Source of the DNA: an uncultured Chlamydiae bacterium
GTDB taxonomy: Bacteria > Chlamydiota > Chlamydiia > Chlamydiales > JAJFMB01
Assembly (NCBI GenBank): GCA_963696295.1
Contig: CAVOJR010000001.1
Location: 2,932,462 to 2,996,461, forward strand
Length of the DNA: 64,000 bases
Direction of reading: 5' to 3'
Shown here: positions 9,318-17,698 of the stretch, piece after piece
Layout of the letters: every line of letters begins with the position of its first letter
Numbering within the stretch: position 1 is the first letter of the stretch
Position numbers and translations under genes: made by a program
The notes under the pieces: model-generated
What the model saw: only the letters and a program-made list of their open reading frames with translations
What the model was told of the DNA's origin: nothing
The model's database searches: none

Positions 9318-9894
9318 TGTTGTTGTTTTTGGCAAAGCGCAGGAGCAGTTGATGGATCCCTTCCGAGGTCTGCTCGTCCAGATTGCCCGAGGGTTCGTCG
9401 GCAAAAATAATTTCGGGGTTGTTGCACATGGCCCTTGCGATCGCGATCCGCTGCTTTTCTCCCCCCGACAGCAGTTTTGTGTGAAAATGAGCCCTTTCCC
9501 CCATGCCCACCCTTTCGAGCAGCTCATAGCCGTAGAGGTAGGCGGGGCTCCCTTTATTGGTGCTTTTGCGGGCGATCCGCGCCGGCATCAAGATGTTTTC
9601 GAGCGCCGTGTGGTCGTCCAGAAGATGGAACGACTGAAACACAAAACCGATATTTTTGTTTCTAAGGGAGTTTTTATTAAAAAAGGAAACTTTCTGGCCG
9701 CAAATGTATAGTTCGCCCGAGCAGGCCTGTTCCAGGGTGCCCAGGATCTGCAGGAGGGTGCTTTTGCCTTGTCCCGACCGCCCGATGATGGCGACCGTTT
9801 CCCCTTCGGAGACGGAGAGGTCGATCCCTTTGATCAGGTTAACTTTATTCGGGTGGTAGAAAGCCTTGCGGATTTTTTTTGCGACTAATTTCAT
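9226..9894 (-). CDS. lolD: Lipoprotein-releasing system ATP-binding protein LolD-like ABC ATPase
   Basis: Walker A GRSGQGKSTL, signature LSGGEKQRIAIARA, Walker B IIFADEPSGNLD and H-loop VVVTHD. It overlaps the upstream LolC/E-type permease gene by 4 nt. Confidence 0.8.
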   Translation of the reverse strand: MKLVAKKIRKAFYHPNKVNLIKGIDLSVSEGETVAIIGRSGQGKSTLLQILGTLEQACSGELYICGQKVSFFNKNSLRNKNIGFVFQSFHLLDDHTALENILMPARIARKSTNKGSPAYLYGYELLERVGMGERAHFHTKLLSGGEKQRIAIARAMCNNPEIIFADEPSGNLDEQTSEGIHQLLLRFAKNNNKSLVVVTHDQKLAGLCDTRYQLHEGLLHPL

Positions 9895-11858
9895 TCCGCC
9901 CTCAGGGTTGCAGATGGTCTTAGCAAACTGGCCTTCACGGCAGGAACAATGCCCGCCAAAAGGGAAATAAGCACGGTGGCGATGAAGACAAAACTAAACG
10001 CCTCGCCGCTCATTTCGCTAGGCATCACTTCTCCGTAGAAAACGGGGTTGAACATATCGTAGCCTTGAATCCAGCTGATCCATTCGATCAGGCGCTGCAG
10101 ATGACGCAAAGTGAGGAAAGCGCCAAGGGTTCCGATGAGGCTGCCGAGCAATCCCATGACCACTCCGCAGAAGCCGAAGATCAGGGCGATGCTGAAGGAA
10201 GAGGCGCCCATGGAACGGAGAATGCCGATCTCCAGCTTTTTATCGTTCACTAAAATGATCAGCATGGAAATGATATTGGAGCAGGCCACAATAATAATGA
10301 CGGTTGCTATCAGCGTGAAGAGGTTTTTTTCGCTATGCAGCTGCTGGATAAGATCTTTGGTAAATTCAAATTCCCGGTAGGTTTCGATTTTGAAGTAGGG
10401 TGCGATCCCGGCTTCTTCAAATTCTTTTAAAAGCCGCTCCTTGGTCTTTTCTGCAAGGTCGAGGGAGTGGAGCCGCACGTTGATGCCGTTAGAGAGCTGC
10501 ATGTCATCCTGATTGTGGGAAGTGCGGAAAAGGGAGGCGATTTCATTGTTGGTCAGGATGAATTTGGCGCCGATCGGGATAATGCCCGGATCGTAAAAAC
10601 CGGCGACGAATATGGGAATATACATCTGCTGCACTGTGCTGGTGGTCGGAGAATAGTAGGAAAGAAAGCCGCGGTCGCCGAGGTTGACGTGGGCGCTGCG
10701 GAATGTTTTAGGCAGCAGCACCGGTTCCCCCGATTGGGCGTCTTTGGGCAGGTTGTATTCTTGCGAGCCATCAGGAAATTTTAGGGTATAGCCCCAGAAT
10801 GGGATTTTTTCCGGCTGCGATCCAAATGAGCTTTGCACCGAAGCTTCCCCGAAATTCAGCCCCCGGTAGGGCGCAACCCCTTCAAAAGTCTGGTTTTGGA
10901 GCGTGAATTTCACTTTAAATAACACGTCATCGGGATGGGAGTAGAGCTGTTCTTTTTGCATTTCTGCGGGCAGCAGCAGGCCCCCTTCCAGATAAAGCGG
11001 CGAAGAGAGATCGCCTAAACTGATCTGCTCCTGAGCTTTAGAAGGGTCTTTGGGGATGAGGTAGCCGAGGTTCAGGGGCTGGACTTTGAGAGTTCCATTT
11101 TTCGGAAAGAGATGGCGCGGAATGGCCCAGCCGCTCTCCGGCGTTTTTAAGGCTTTGACTTGCACCAGGTGGTAGAAGCGGTCCAAACGCTCTTTAATCA
11201 GAGTCGGGGTGACATAAAACTGATCGCCGTTTCGGCTTTCACCCAAAACAAACTGAGAGTAGAGGTGGGTGAGGTCTTCGGGCGAGACAGAGAGGATAGA
11301 ACCGGCCATCTCCTGGTTTTTGGCGTCGAGGGAACCGAGATAGGTGGTCTGGGAGAGTGTTTTGCCCCCTTTTTGCTTCAGGTGTAAGTTGCCTACGGTC
11401 ATGATGTAATCGCCGGCGCGGATGCCGGGTATATCTTTAACGGCGTTGATCTTCTCGAAGGCCAGGGTGACGATATCTTTGATATTGCCGTCAGCGTCGA
11501 GATCGGGTTTTGGCCAGTCGGCCGGCGCTTCTTCGTCATATTCGGGGTCGTAGCTCAATCCAAGAGCCCTTTTTTCCCCGATGGTTTTGAGGGTGTAGTC
11601 TGCTTTTGCGCTTAAAGTGTCTGAAAGATAATAAAACGACTTGTAATAGGCATCGGTTGGCGTGATCCGCACAGGGGCTGTCAATGAAATGAGCTTATTA
11701 ATCCAGGATTTTTCCAGACCGTTGGTAACGGAAAAAAAGACGAGGATCAGCCAAACAACCAGCGCGATCACCAGAATGGATATCATACTGATGATCGAGA
11801 CGGATAGCTGCCGCCATCTGGGGACGAGATATTTCAGTGCGACGGAGAGTTCAAACAT
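9891..11858 (-). CDS. lolC: LolC/LolE-family (FtsX-type) lipoprotein-release permease with an enlarged periplasmic domain
   Basis: The N-terminus MFELSVALKYLVPRWRQLSVSIISMISILV is typical of LolC/E. The C-terminal FtsX-like three-TM block includes LRSMGASSFSIALIF. It is translationally coupled to lolD. Confidence 0.75.
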   Translation of the reverse strand: MFELSVALKYLVPRWRQLSVSIISMISILVIALVVWLILVFFSVTNGLEKSWINKLISLTAPVRITPTDAYYKSFYYLSDTLSAKADYTLKTIGEKRALGLSYDPEYDEEAPADWPKPDLDADGNIKDIVTLAFEKINAVKDIPGIRAGDYIMTVGNLHLKQKGGKTLSQTTYLGSLDAKNQEMAGSILSVSPEDLTHLYSQFVLGESRNGDQFYVTPTLIKERLDRFYHLVQVKALKTPESGWAIPRHLFPKNGTLKVQPLNLGYLIPKDPSKAQEQISLGDLSSPLYLEGGLLLPAEMQKEQLYSHPDDVLFKVKFTLQNQTFEGVAPYRGLNFGEASVQSSFGSQPEKIPFWGYTLKFPDGSQEYNLPKDAQSGEPVLLPKTFRSAHVNLGDRGFLSYYSPTTSTVQQMYIPIFVAGFYDPGIIPIGAKFILTNNEIASLFRTSHNQDDMQLSNGINVRLHSLDLAEKTKERLLKEFEEAGIAPYFKIETYREFEFTKDLIQQLHSEKNLFTLIATVIIIVACSNIISMLIILVNDKKLEIGILRSMGASSFSIALIFGFCGVVMGLLGSLIGTLGAFLTLRHLQRLIEWISWIQGYDMFNPVFYGEVMPSEMSGEAFSFVFIATVLISLLAGIVPAVKASLLRPSATLRAE

Positions 11859-11899
11859 GATAACCGTTAAAATAACTTTTTAGATGTTATTTTGCCAGG

Positions 11900-12055
11900 T
11901 TATTTTGTTTCTTTGAATTCGACGTGTTCTCTTACAACAGGATCATACTTTGTGAGTGTGATACGATCGGGTGTAGAAGACTTGTTCTTTACAGTATAGT
12001 AGTAGTAATGACTCTTTGAACTCTTAAGTTTTATTTTTTCTCTTTTGCTGGCCAT
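11900..12055 (-). CDS. rpmG: 50S ribosomal protein L33
   Basis: [51 protein letters not shown] matches the L33 pattern (...TKNK...KYDP..RKHV.FKE.K). I set the start to the ATG at 12055 rather than the longer track ORF. Confidence 0.9.
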   Translation of the reverse strand: MASKREKIKLKSSKSHYYYYTVKNKSSTPDRITLTKYDPVVREHVEFKETK

Positions 12056-12107
12056 GGGTTCACTCCTTTTAACCGGTTCCACATATTAACTATTTTGCGA
12101 ATAAGAT

Positions 12108-13106
12108 TCAATAAGGAAATCCGATAATTCGCGGCGCGGCTTCCAAATTTAAGCTGTCGGCGCCTTTATCGAGGTAGCGATGGTAGGCTAAACCCGCGAT
12201 CATGGCGGCATTATCAAGCGTCAGTTCGGCGGAAGGAAAGAGAAGTTGCAAGCCGGGGGCCTCCAGCTGAAAGAGGGTGCGCAAATAGCGGTTGTTGGTG
12301 ACTCCTCCCCCAAAGACAATGGTCCGGCAGCCAAAATCCCTGGCGGCGGCAAGGGTTTTTTTGACAACATCGGCAAAAGCGGCATTTTGAAAGGAGGCGG
12401 CCAGGCCGGGAAGATTTAACTTTTCCCCCTCTCTTTTTGCTGTATAGAGCACGCCGGTCTTTAGGCCGCTGAAGGAAAAATGGTAAGGTTTTCCCTGAAC
12501 TTGCCCGGCTTTTAGGGGGTAGAGTCTCTTATCGCCTGAAAGGGCCAATTTTTCCACCTCAGGGCCTCCCGGGTAGGGGAGGTTTAACATTTTGGCGACC
12601 TTATCGAACGCCTCGCCGATCGCATCATCGATCGTTTCGGAGATCAAAGTGTAATGGCCGAGCGCCTCTATCCGCACCAAAGATGTGTGACCGCCCGACA
12701 AAACTGCCCCTAAGGCGGGGAATGCGATTTCTTCGGGGTGGGACATGAGAGCGGCATAGAGATGCGCTTCAATGTGGTTGATGCCGATAAAAGGTTTATT
12801 TAATGCCAGGCTCAAAGTTTTTGCCGTGTTTAAGCCGATCAATAAAGCGCCGATCAGCCCGGGACCGTAAGAGGCGGCAATGAGGTCGATCTCCTGTAAA
12901 GGGATATCCGCTTTTTCCAGGGCTTCCTGGATTACCGGAAGGATTACTTCGATATGGCGGCGGCTGGCCAGCTCGGGAACCACGCCGCCGAACTCCTTTT
13001 GCAGGTCGATTTGGGAAGAGACGACATTGGACAGAATCTCTCTGCCGTCTTTAACCAACGCTGCCGCCGTTTCATCACATGTGCTTTCGATACCAAGGAC
13101 TATCAT
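12108..13106 (-). CDS. tsaD: tRNA N6-adenosine threonylcarbamoyltransferase TsaD (Gcp/Kae1 family)
   Basis: MIVLGIESTCDETAAALV..., GINHIEAHLYA (metal-binding His pair) and VLSGGHTSL are all hallmark TsaD motifs. Confidence 0.92.
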   Translation of the reverse strand: MIVLGIESTCDETAAALVKDGREILSNVVSSQIDLQKEFGGVVPELASRRHIEVILPVIQEALEKADIPLQEIDLIAASYGPGLIGALLIGLNTAKTLSLALNKPFIGINHIEAHLYAALMSHPEEIAFPALGAVLSGGHTSLVRIEALGHYTLISETIDDAIGEAFDKVAKMLNLPYPGGPEVEKLALSGDKRLYPLKAGQVQGKPYHFSFSGLKTGVLYTAKREGEKLNLPGLAASFQNAAFADVVKKTLAAARDFGCRTIVFGGGVTNNRYLRTLFQLEAPGLQLLFPSAELTLDNAAMIAGLAYHRYLDKGADSLNLEAAPRIIGFPY

Positions 13107-13138
13107 AGGCGTTTCAGTATACTAAAACGCCCAGTTAA

Positions 13139-13648
13139 TTAATACCCCTGTTGATTGTTTTGCTGGTAATTTTGAGGGTTGCCGCCAGGATTTACTTGGT
13201 TATAACCGGGGTTTACAGGGTTATAGCCCGGATTAACGGTATTATAACCTTGGTAACCTTGTTGGTATCCTTGGTAGCCTTGGTTTTGGTATCGGTTGTA
13301 AGGTTGATTGTTGTAATTCCCTTGGTAATAGGCCTGATTTTGGGCGTTGTTTAAGTCATTAAGCCTTTGTCTTTCCCAACTATAATTTACAGTGGTTGAG
13401 CGATAGGGATAGGTCTGGTAGCCTGTGCCGTAGGAAATTCTGCCTGATGAATTCCGGTAGGGGCCGGTTTGGTAAGGGTAGACGAGATTGCCTTGACTGT
13501 AATAGGGTCTTGGATTTGAATTATTCGGCATATTGACAATTCTGCCGTTTACACGGGTAGGCGTTCCGAATGTGGCTGAACCTGGCATATCGGCGAATGA
13601 AAGATTAAGGCTCAGGACGCTGATAAATAAAATGAGTAAAAAACGCAT
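13139..13648 (-). CDS. Secreted low-complexity Tyr/Asn/Gln/Gly/Pro-rich protein
   Basis: Signal peptide MRFLLILFISVLSLNLSFA followed by degenerate repeats (GYQGYQQGYQGYN, NPGYNPVNPGYNQVNPGGNPQNYQQNNQQGY). The plus-strand ORFs here are antisense artefacts of the low-complexity sequence. Confidence 0.6.
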   Translation of the reverse strand: MRFLLILFISVLSLNLSFADMPGSATFGTPTRVNGRIVNMPNNSNPRPYYSQGNLVYPYQTGPYRNSSGRISYGTGYQTYPYRSTTVNYSWERQRLNDLNNAQNQAYYQGNYNNQPYNRYQNQGYQGYQQGYQGYNTVNPGYNPVNPGYNQVNPGGNPQNYQQNNQQGY

Positions 13649-13664
13649 AAAACCTCCTAAGTGG

Positions 13665-13985
13665 TTAATAATATCTCCCGTACCTTCCAGGATAGTATCC
13701 CCCGGGAGGTGGATTGCTGTATGGGGGATAATTGTTATAATAGGGATTATTGTAGTAATAGGGATTGTAATAGTAGGGTTGCTGGACGGGTGCGTACTTT
13801 ATCTTTCCATTTTGCCGGTAGGGGCGGCCTCTGGAGGGCTGGCCCGGGAGATAATCGTAGTAGTAATTAGTGGCGATATTATTGCCGACCACACGTGACT
13901 GGGAGTAAGTTCTTTGCGCGTCGACGCCGTTTAAAAAAAGACAGCAAAAAAGGATGAAAAAATATTTAAACATACCCAACCCCAC
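13665..13985 (-). CDS. Secreted low-complexity Tyr/Pro/Asn-rich protein
   Basis: Signal peptide MFKYFFILFCCLFLNGVDA followed by YYYDY..., QQPYYYNPYYYNNPYYNNYPPYSNPPPGGYYPGRYGRYY. It is adjacent to and co-oriented with the similar gene at 13139-13648. Confidence 0.55.
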   Translation of the reverse strand: MGLGMFKYFFILFCCLFLNGVDAQRTYSQSRVVGNNIATNYYYDYLPGQPSRGRPYRQNGKIKYAPVQQPYYYNPYYYNNPYYNNYPPYSNPPPGGYYPGRYGRYY

Positions 13986-14070
13986 TTTATTTTTATTATA
14001 GGAAATGGGGAGATTAAGAGGGGGTAAAGATAGAAACTATTTGTTTAAACGCTTTATGGTGTGCTACTTG

Positions 14071-14421
14071 CTAAAAGCAAACTTTTTTTGACAAGACAAT
14101 CGCGTCAATTTTTGAGGCGAGTATGAAATCGCTTTCGGACAAGCCGTCGATTTTATGGGTCCAGATTGTAACCCTGACATTTCCATAGCTTAAGTGGATG
14201 TCGGGGTGATGCCTCTCTTCTTCGGCGATGGCTCCGATTTTATTGGCGAAACTCAAAGCCTCCTTAAAATCGGGAAACTTGAAGCTCCTTTCCAGGTGGT
14301 GCTGATCCACAATAATCCAATCGGGATGGACAAACTTCAAAAAAGCTTGCTGTTCCGCGTGTTTCAGCTTGGCAGTAGAACCTGTGCAGGGAAGGCAATG
14401 TTTAGTCATGATTTTACCCAT
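14071..14421 (-). CDS. phhB: Pterin-4-alpha-carbinolamine dehydratase (PCD/DCoH family)
   Basis: The PCD core is ...FKFPDFKEALSFANKIGAIAEEERHHPDIHLSYGNVRVTIWTHKIDGLSESDF. I moved the start to the ATG at 14421 (or 14409), because the longer track ORF would overlap the upstream gene. Confidence 0.85.
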   Translation of the reverse strand: MGKIMTKHCLPCTGSTAKLKHAEQQAFLKFVHPDWIIVDQHHLERSFKFPDFKEALSFANKIGAIAEEERHHPDIHLSYGNVRVTIWTHKIDGLSESDFILASKIDAIVLSKKVCF

Positions 14422-14429
14422 AGCTGAAC

Positions 14430-15182
14430 TCAAGATTTTTCCGCAACTAAACAAAGAAATAAAGGGATCTCTTCGCGGGCGCGGTTTTCCATTTTCGCCG
14501 CTTTGCCGGTGCTGACCTTGTCCGAGCACCACTCATCGATTAAGCGGATCGAAAAGCCCGCCTCGCATAGCGCTTTCGAGTAGAAAGAGAGGGGGCGGTG
14601 GAAAGAGAGCGTCTGGGAAGACTTTTCCCCTTTGCTCGGGTGGGTCTGAATCGGGATTTTCAATTCGGACATATAGCGGTCGACGCGGCGGTATTGCAGT
14701 TTTTTCCCCTCGTCGATTTCCCAGCCCGATTGCCGGGGAATCCTGAAGCAGGGGTGGTTGAGTATTATGATGAATTTGCCTTTCGGTTTCAGCAGCCGGT
14801 AGGCGTTTTCGATCGCCTTCCGCGGTTCGGCGATATTTTGCAGGGCGAGGATAATGACGGCATGGGTAAAGGTGGCGGGCTCAAAGGGGAGGGGTTCGGT
14901 GGCGTCATGGACGATATAGCGGTGGTTCGGCAGGGAGTCGTATTTTTTGGCCGCTTGAATTAGGGAAGCAGAGATGTCTACCCCGGTGTAGGCGGCTTTT
15001 TTTGGCAGCTGGCGCGCGAGAATCCCTTGGCCGCAGGCCAGATCGAGCAGATGGGGTTTATCTTTTAAGTCGATAAGCTCCAATAGCTTAGGGATAATTA
15101 CCTGCTGATGGTAGTAATGCCCTTCTTTTCCGACCGTTTTGTCGTACCAATTTGTGACTGATTCCCACGATGTAGATTCCAT
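14430..15182 (-). CDS. Class I SAM-dependent methyltransferase
   Basis: Motif I LLDLACGQGILARQL, with post-I and later motifs present (YTGVDIS, LKPKGKFIII). Confidence 0.8.
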   Translation of the reverse strand: MESTSWESVTNWYDKTVGKEGHYYHQQVIIPKLLELIDLKDKPHLLDLACGQGILARQLPKKAAYTGVDISASLIQAAKKYDSLPNHRYIVHDATEPLPFEPATFTHAVIILALQNIAEPRKAIENAYRLLKPKGKFIIILNHPCFRIPRQSGWEIDEGKKLQYRRVDRYMSELKIPIQTHPSKGEKSSQTLSFHRPLSFYSKALCEAGFSIRLIDEWCSDKVSTGKAAKMENRAREEIPLFLCLVAEKS

Positions 15183-15184
15183 CG

Positions 15185-15709
15185 CTACAGTTTACTAAAT
15201 TCAAGCCAAAAAAGCAATGTCGCGATTGTTTTGCCGTCTTTGATCGCTCCAGCGCTGATCATAGGCATAATTTTTTTGACCGGCAGGGTTTCCACCGTAA
15301 TTTTTTCCCCCTCGTCCAGATTTTGCCCCACATGCTCCAAATCCTCGGCGAGAAAGGCATACATCAGTTCGTTGCTGATGCCAGGGCTTGTGAAAAAGGA
15401 GATAAGAGGCCTGATTTTATTTGCGCGGTAGCCGGTTTCCTCGATGATTTCCCTTTCCGCCGTCTTGAGCGGCTCCTCCCCCAATTCCAGGGTGCCGGCC
15501 GGCAGCTCGAAAAGGGTTTCTCCGACGGCGAAGCGCTCGTTCCGTATCATTACAATTTCATCGCCAAGCAGGGGAAGGATGACGACCGCGCCGGGGTGAG
15601 CGACAAACTCCCTTCGCCGCGACGTTTCGTCGTTCGATTTGAAGACGTCGAAGCGGGCGCCTTTATAGACTTTTGTTGAAGAGCGGAGCACTTTTTGCAG
15701 AGGGTTCAT
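15185..15709 (-). CDS. NUDIX hydrolase (ADP-ribose pyrophosphatase-like)
   Basis: Nudix box ELPAGTLELGEEPLKTAEREIIEETGY (GX5EX7REUXEEXGU). Confidence 0.85.
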   Translation of the reverse strand: MNPLQKVLRSSTKVYKGARFDVFKSNDETSRRREFVAHPGAVVILPLLGDEIVMIRNERFAVGETLFELPAGTLELGEEPLKTAEREIIEETGYRANKIRPLISFFTSPGISNELMYAFLAEDLEHVGQNLDEGEKITVETLPVKKIMPMISAGAIKDGKTIATLLFWLEFSKL

Positions 15710-15716
15710 CGTTTAC

Positions 15717-17141
15717 CTAAGGCTTATGTAAAAGATCATTAAAGTCTATGATAGAGGCAAAATATTCGCTTTCCTTGACACTTTCTTCCACCCCATTGAC
15801 ATGGATTAAAACAGGTCTTATTGAGATATTTTTTGGGAGATCTAAACAGCGCACTTTTTGCTTGATTTCGTCGATAATACTTTTCGTGATTTCCTGATTT
15901 TTAAATTTAATTTCACATAAATAACAAGTTCCAAATTTGGTTTGGATCATATAATCAATTTGACAGCCAGGTCGATTTTTCAATTTCCTTTGAAAAAAAG
16001 GATTGTCATTCACTATTTCTGAAGGGTCGATACCAAGAATTTTTTGCAGTGTTTTACGGTTGCTTAGGACAAGATTTTCAAATTGAAGGCCTATGATTGA
16101 TTGCCATTGAGCAGGTAATTTCAAGTTCTGTTTTTCTATTTTCTTTTTATTAGGTTCAATATATTTGAGATAGAATCTTAAATAGTTGTCCTTTAAACGA
16201 TAATGACTTAGCTTGGAATCAAGGCCTGTCTTAAAGTGCCAGGTGAAATCTTGGGAAACAAAACCAGCCGTGACCAAATCATCCATATAACCAGAGACAA
16301 CACCGCTTTTTTCCACCTCTAATGCCGTATAGATATCTTTCAATTCACAAGGCCCATCAGCCAATCTTTCAACAATTTTTTTATAAATAGTGCTTCGAGT
16401 AGAAAATAAGTCCGAAAAAATTTGTTCAAATTCGCTATAAAGGAATCCCTCTCTTTGAAAGCACAGCTTTTGGATATTAACTTCAGCGCTTTGGTTGGGC
16501 AGAATTTCCTCCAGATATCGGGGCACGCCACCCATTACCGAGAGGAGTTTTAATTTATCAAAAGCAGATATCTTTTCCTGTTCAGCATTCCAGAACTCGT
16601 TGCATTCGTGAAGAGGGAGTTCTTCTAGAATGATGTCTAATGAGATTCTTCCCAGAAAACCGGTACTGCTAAGGATATTCTCTTCGATCCAGCTGGAAAT
16701 CGATCCACAGAGAATCAGGATTAATTGAGGGTTGTTTTTGAAATAGAGATCCCATGCTGTTTTCAGTTTTCCCAGGAAAGTGGGATCCTTAGATCCCATC
16801 CAGCTTATTTCATCTAAGACAATCACAACTTTACCGTTTTGGGTCTGCTGGGCTAAATGCCAAAACAGATCTCCCCAGTCATCCGCTCGAGGTAAGGGTG
16901 TTTTCAATTCGCGTTGTATTTGTCTGGCGAACTCCTCTCTTTGATCCTTTGCAGAAATGCCGTCGGTGGGGGGTATTCCAGAAAAAATGTAGTTTGGAAT
17001 TTTGCTGGCAAATTCCTTTGCCAGACGGCTTTTCCCAATGCGCCGTCTTCCTCGGATAACTACTAAGCTGGATGACCTCTTTTTGAAGAGCTCGGCGAGC
17101 ATTTGCAATTCCCTTTTACGTCCTATAAATGAGTGTTGCAT
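15717..17141 (-). CDS. ATP-binding protein of the archaeal-type ATPase (PF01637-like) + DUF234 family; the C-terminus has a PD-(D/E)xK-like motif
   Basis: N-terminus FIGRKRELQMLAELF...VVIRGRRRIGKSRLAKEF (Walker A), Walker B VVIVLDEISWM. The C-terminal GCQIDYMIQTKFGTCYLCEIKFKNQEI looks like a D...ExK nuclease core. The gene is visibly more AT-rich than its flanks. Confidence 0.7.
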   Translation of the reverse strand: MQHSFIGRKRELQMLAELFKKRSSSLVVIRGRRRIGKSRLAKEFASKIPNYIFSGIPPTDGISAKDQREEFARQIQRELKTPLPRADDWGDLFWHLAQQTQNGKVVIVLDEISWMGSKDPTFLGKLKTAWDLYFKNNPQLILILCGSISSWIEENILSSTGFLGRISLDIILEELPLHECNEFWNAEQEKISAFDKLKLLSVMGGVPRYLEEILPNQSAEVNIQKLCFQREGFLYSEFEQIFSDLFSTRSTIYKKIVERLADGPCELKDIYTALEVEKSGVVSGYMDDLVTAGFVSQDFTWHFKTGLDSKLSHYRLKDNYLRFYLKYIEPNKKKIEKQNLKLPAQWQSIIGLQFENLVLSNRKTLQKILGIDPSEIVNDNPFFQRKLKNRPGCQIDYMIQTKFGTCYLCEIKFKNQEITKSIIDEIKQKVRCLDLPKNISIRPVLIHVNGVEESVKESEYFASIIDFNDLLHKP

Positions 17142-17179
17142 CTCTTCCCCTTAGGTAATAACTCTAATTTAACAGATTC

Positions 17180-17269
17180 GCATCACCAAATCAAGAAAAT
17201 GCGATTTAGTGATGTCAAAAGTATAGATTTTTCGCATCACCAAATCAAGAAAATAGGATTTGGTGATGC
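17180..17269. promoter_or_regulatory. Two copies, 54 bp apart, of a 35-40-bp palindromic element in a divergent intergenic region
   Basis: GCATCACCAAATC-N10-GATTTAGTGATG lies at 17180-17214 (1 mismatch). GCATCACCAAATC-N10-GATTTGGTGATGC lies at 17234-17269 (perfect 13-bp arms). They sit between the ATPase start (17141, minus) and the DUF423 gene (plus). Confidence 0.6.
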
Positions 17270-17320
17270 AAATGTGAGATTTCCTTGTTTAAAAAGAAGG
17301 GAAAATTTACTATAATTGCT

Positions 17321-17698
17321 ATGATTATAGCGCAAAAAGCATTTTTAGTGGCAGGCATTCTGCTGGCTTTGTTAGCCGTGGCCTGCGGGGCTTTCGGCTC
17401 CCATTTTTTGCGCCACCGCCTCTCCGCGGATTCCTTGAATATCTATGAAATCGCCGTGCGCTACCAAATGTATCACGCCCTGGCGCTCATGGCAGTCGCC
17501 TGGGCCTGCGGGGTCTTTTCCGACACCCTGGTCTTTTTATCGGGCTGGATACTGCTCGCAGGGATTGTGATCTTTTCCGGAAGCTTGTACTTCTATCTGT
17601 TTACCAGCATGCGCCTCTTTGGCATGATCACTCCGATAGGCGGGACTGTCCTGCTGCTCGGCTGGCTCTCTTTTCTAATCGGGGTCATTAAAAGCTGA
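17321..17698 (+). CDS. DUF423 (YgdD-like) small inner-membrane protein
   Basis: MIIAQKAFLVAGILLALLAVACGAFGSHFL...YQMYHALAL...FSGSLY is the typical DUF423 pattern. I prefer the ATG at 17321 over the track's TTG at 17285. A TATAAT lies at 17312-17317. Confidence 0.75.
   Translation: MIIAQKAFLVAGILLALLAVACGAFGSHFLRHRLSADSLNIYEIAVRYQMYHALALMAVAWACGVFSDTLVFLSGWILLAGIVIFSGSLYFYLFTSMRLFGMITPIGGTVLLLGWLSFLIGVIKS

Noticed and set aside
9120-9410. A 96-aa plus-strand ORF with an internally repeated sequence (MVAVIEGAAVLHGADNGCRRGRLAFD...).
   Set aside because: It is generated by reading the lolD 3'-end tandem repeat on the opposite strand. The repeat units make sense as lolD C-terminal codons on the minus strand.
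13151-13898. Plus-strand ORFs (13151-13354, 13533-13898, 13661-13870) rich in Ile/Val/Gly.
   Set aside because: They are antisense readings of the Tyr/Asn/Pro-rich low-complexity genes. The minus-strand frames have proper signal peptides and starts.
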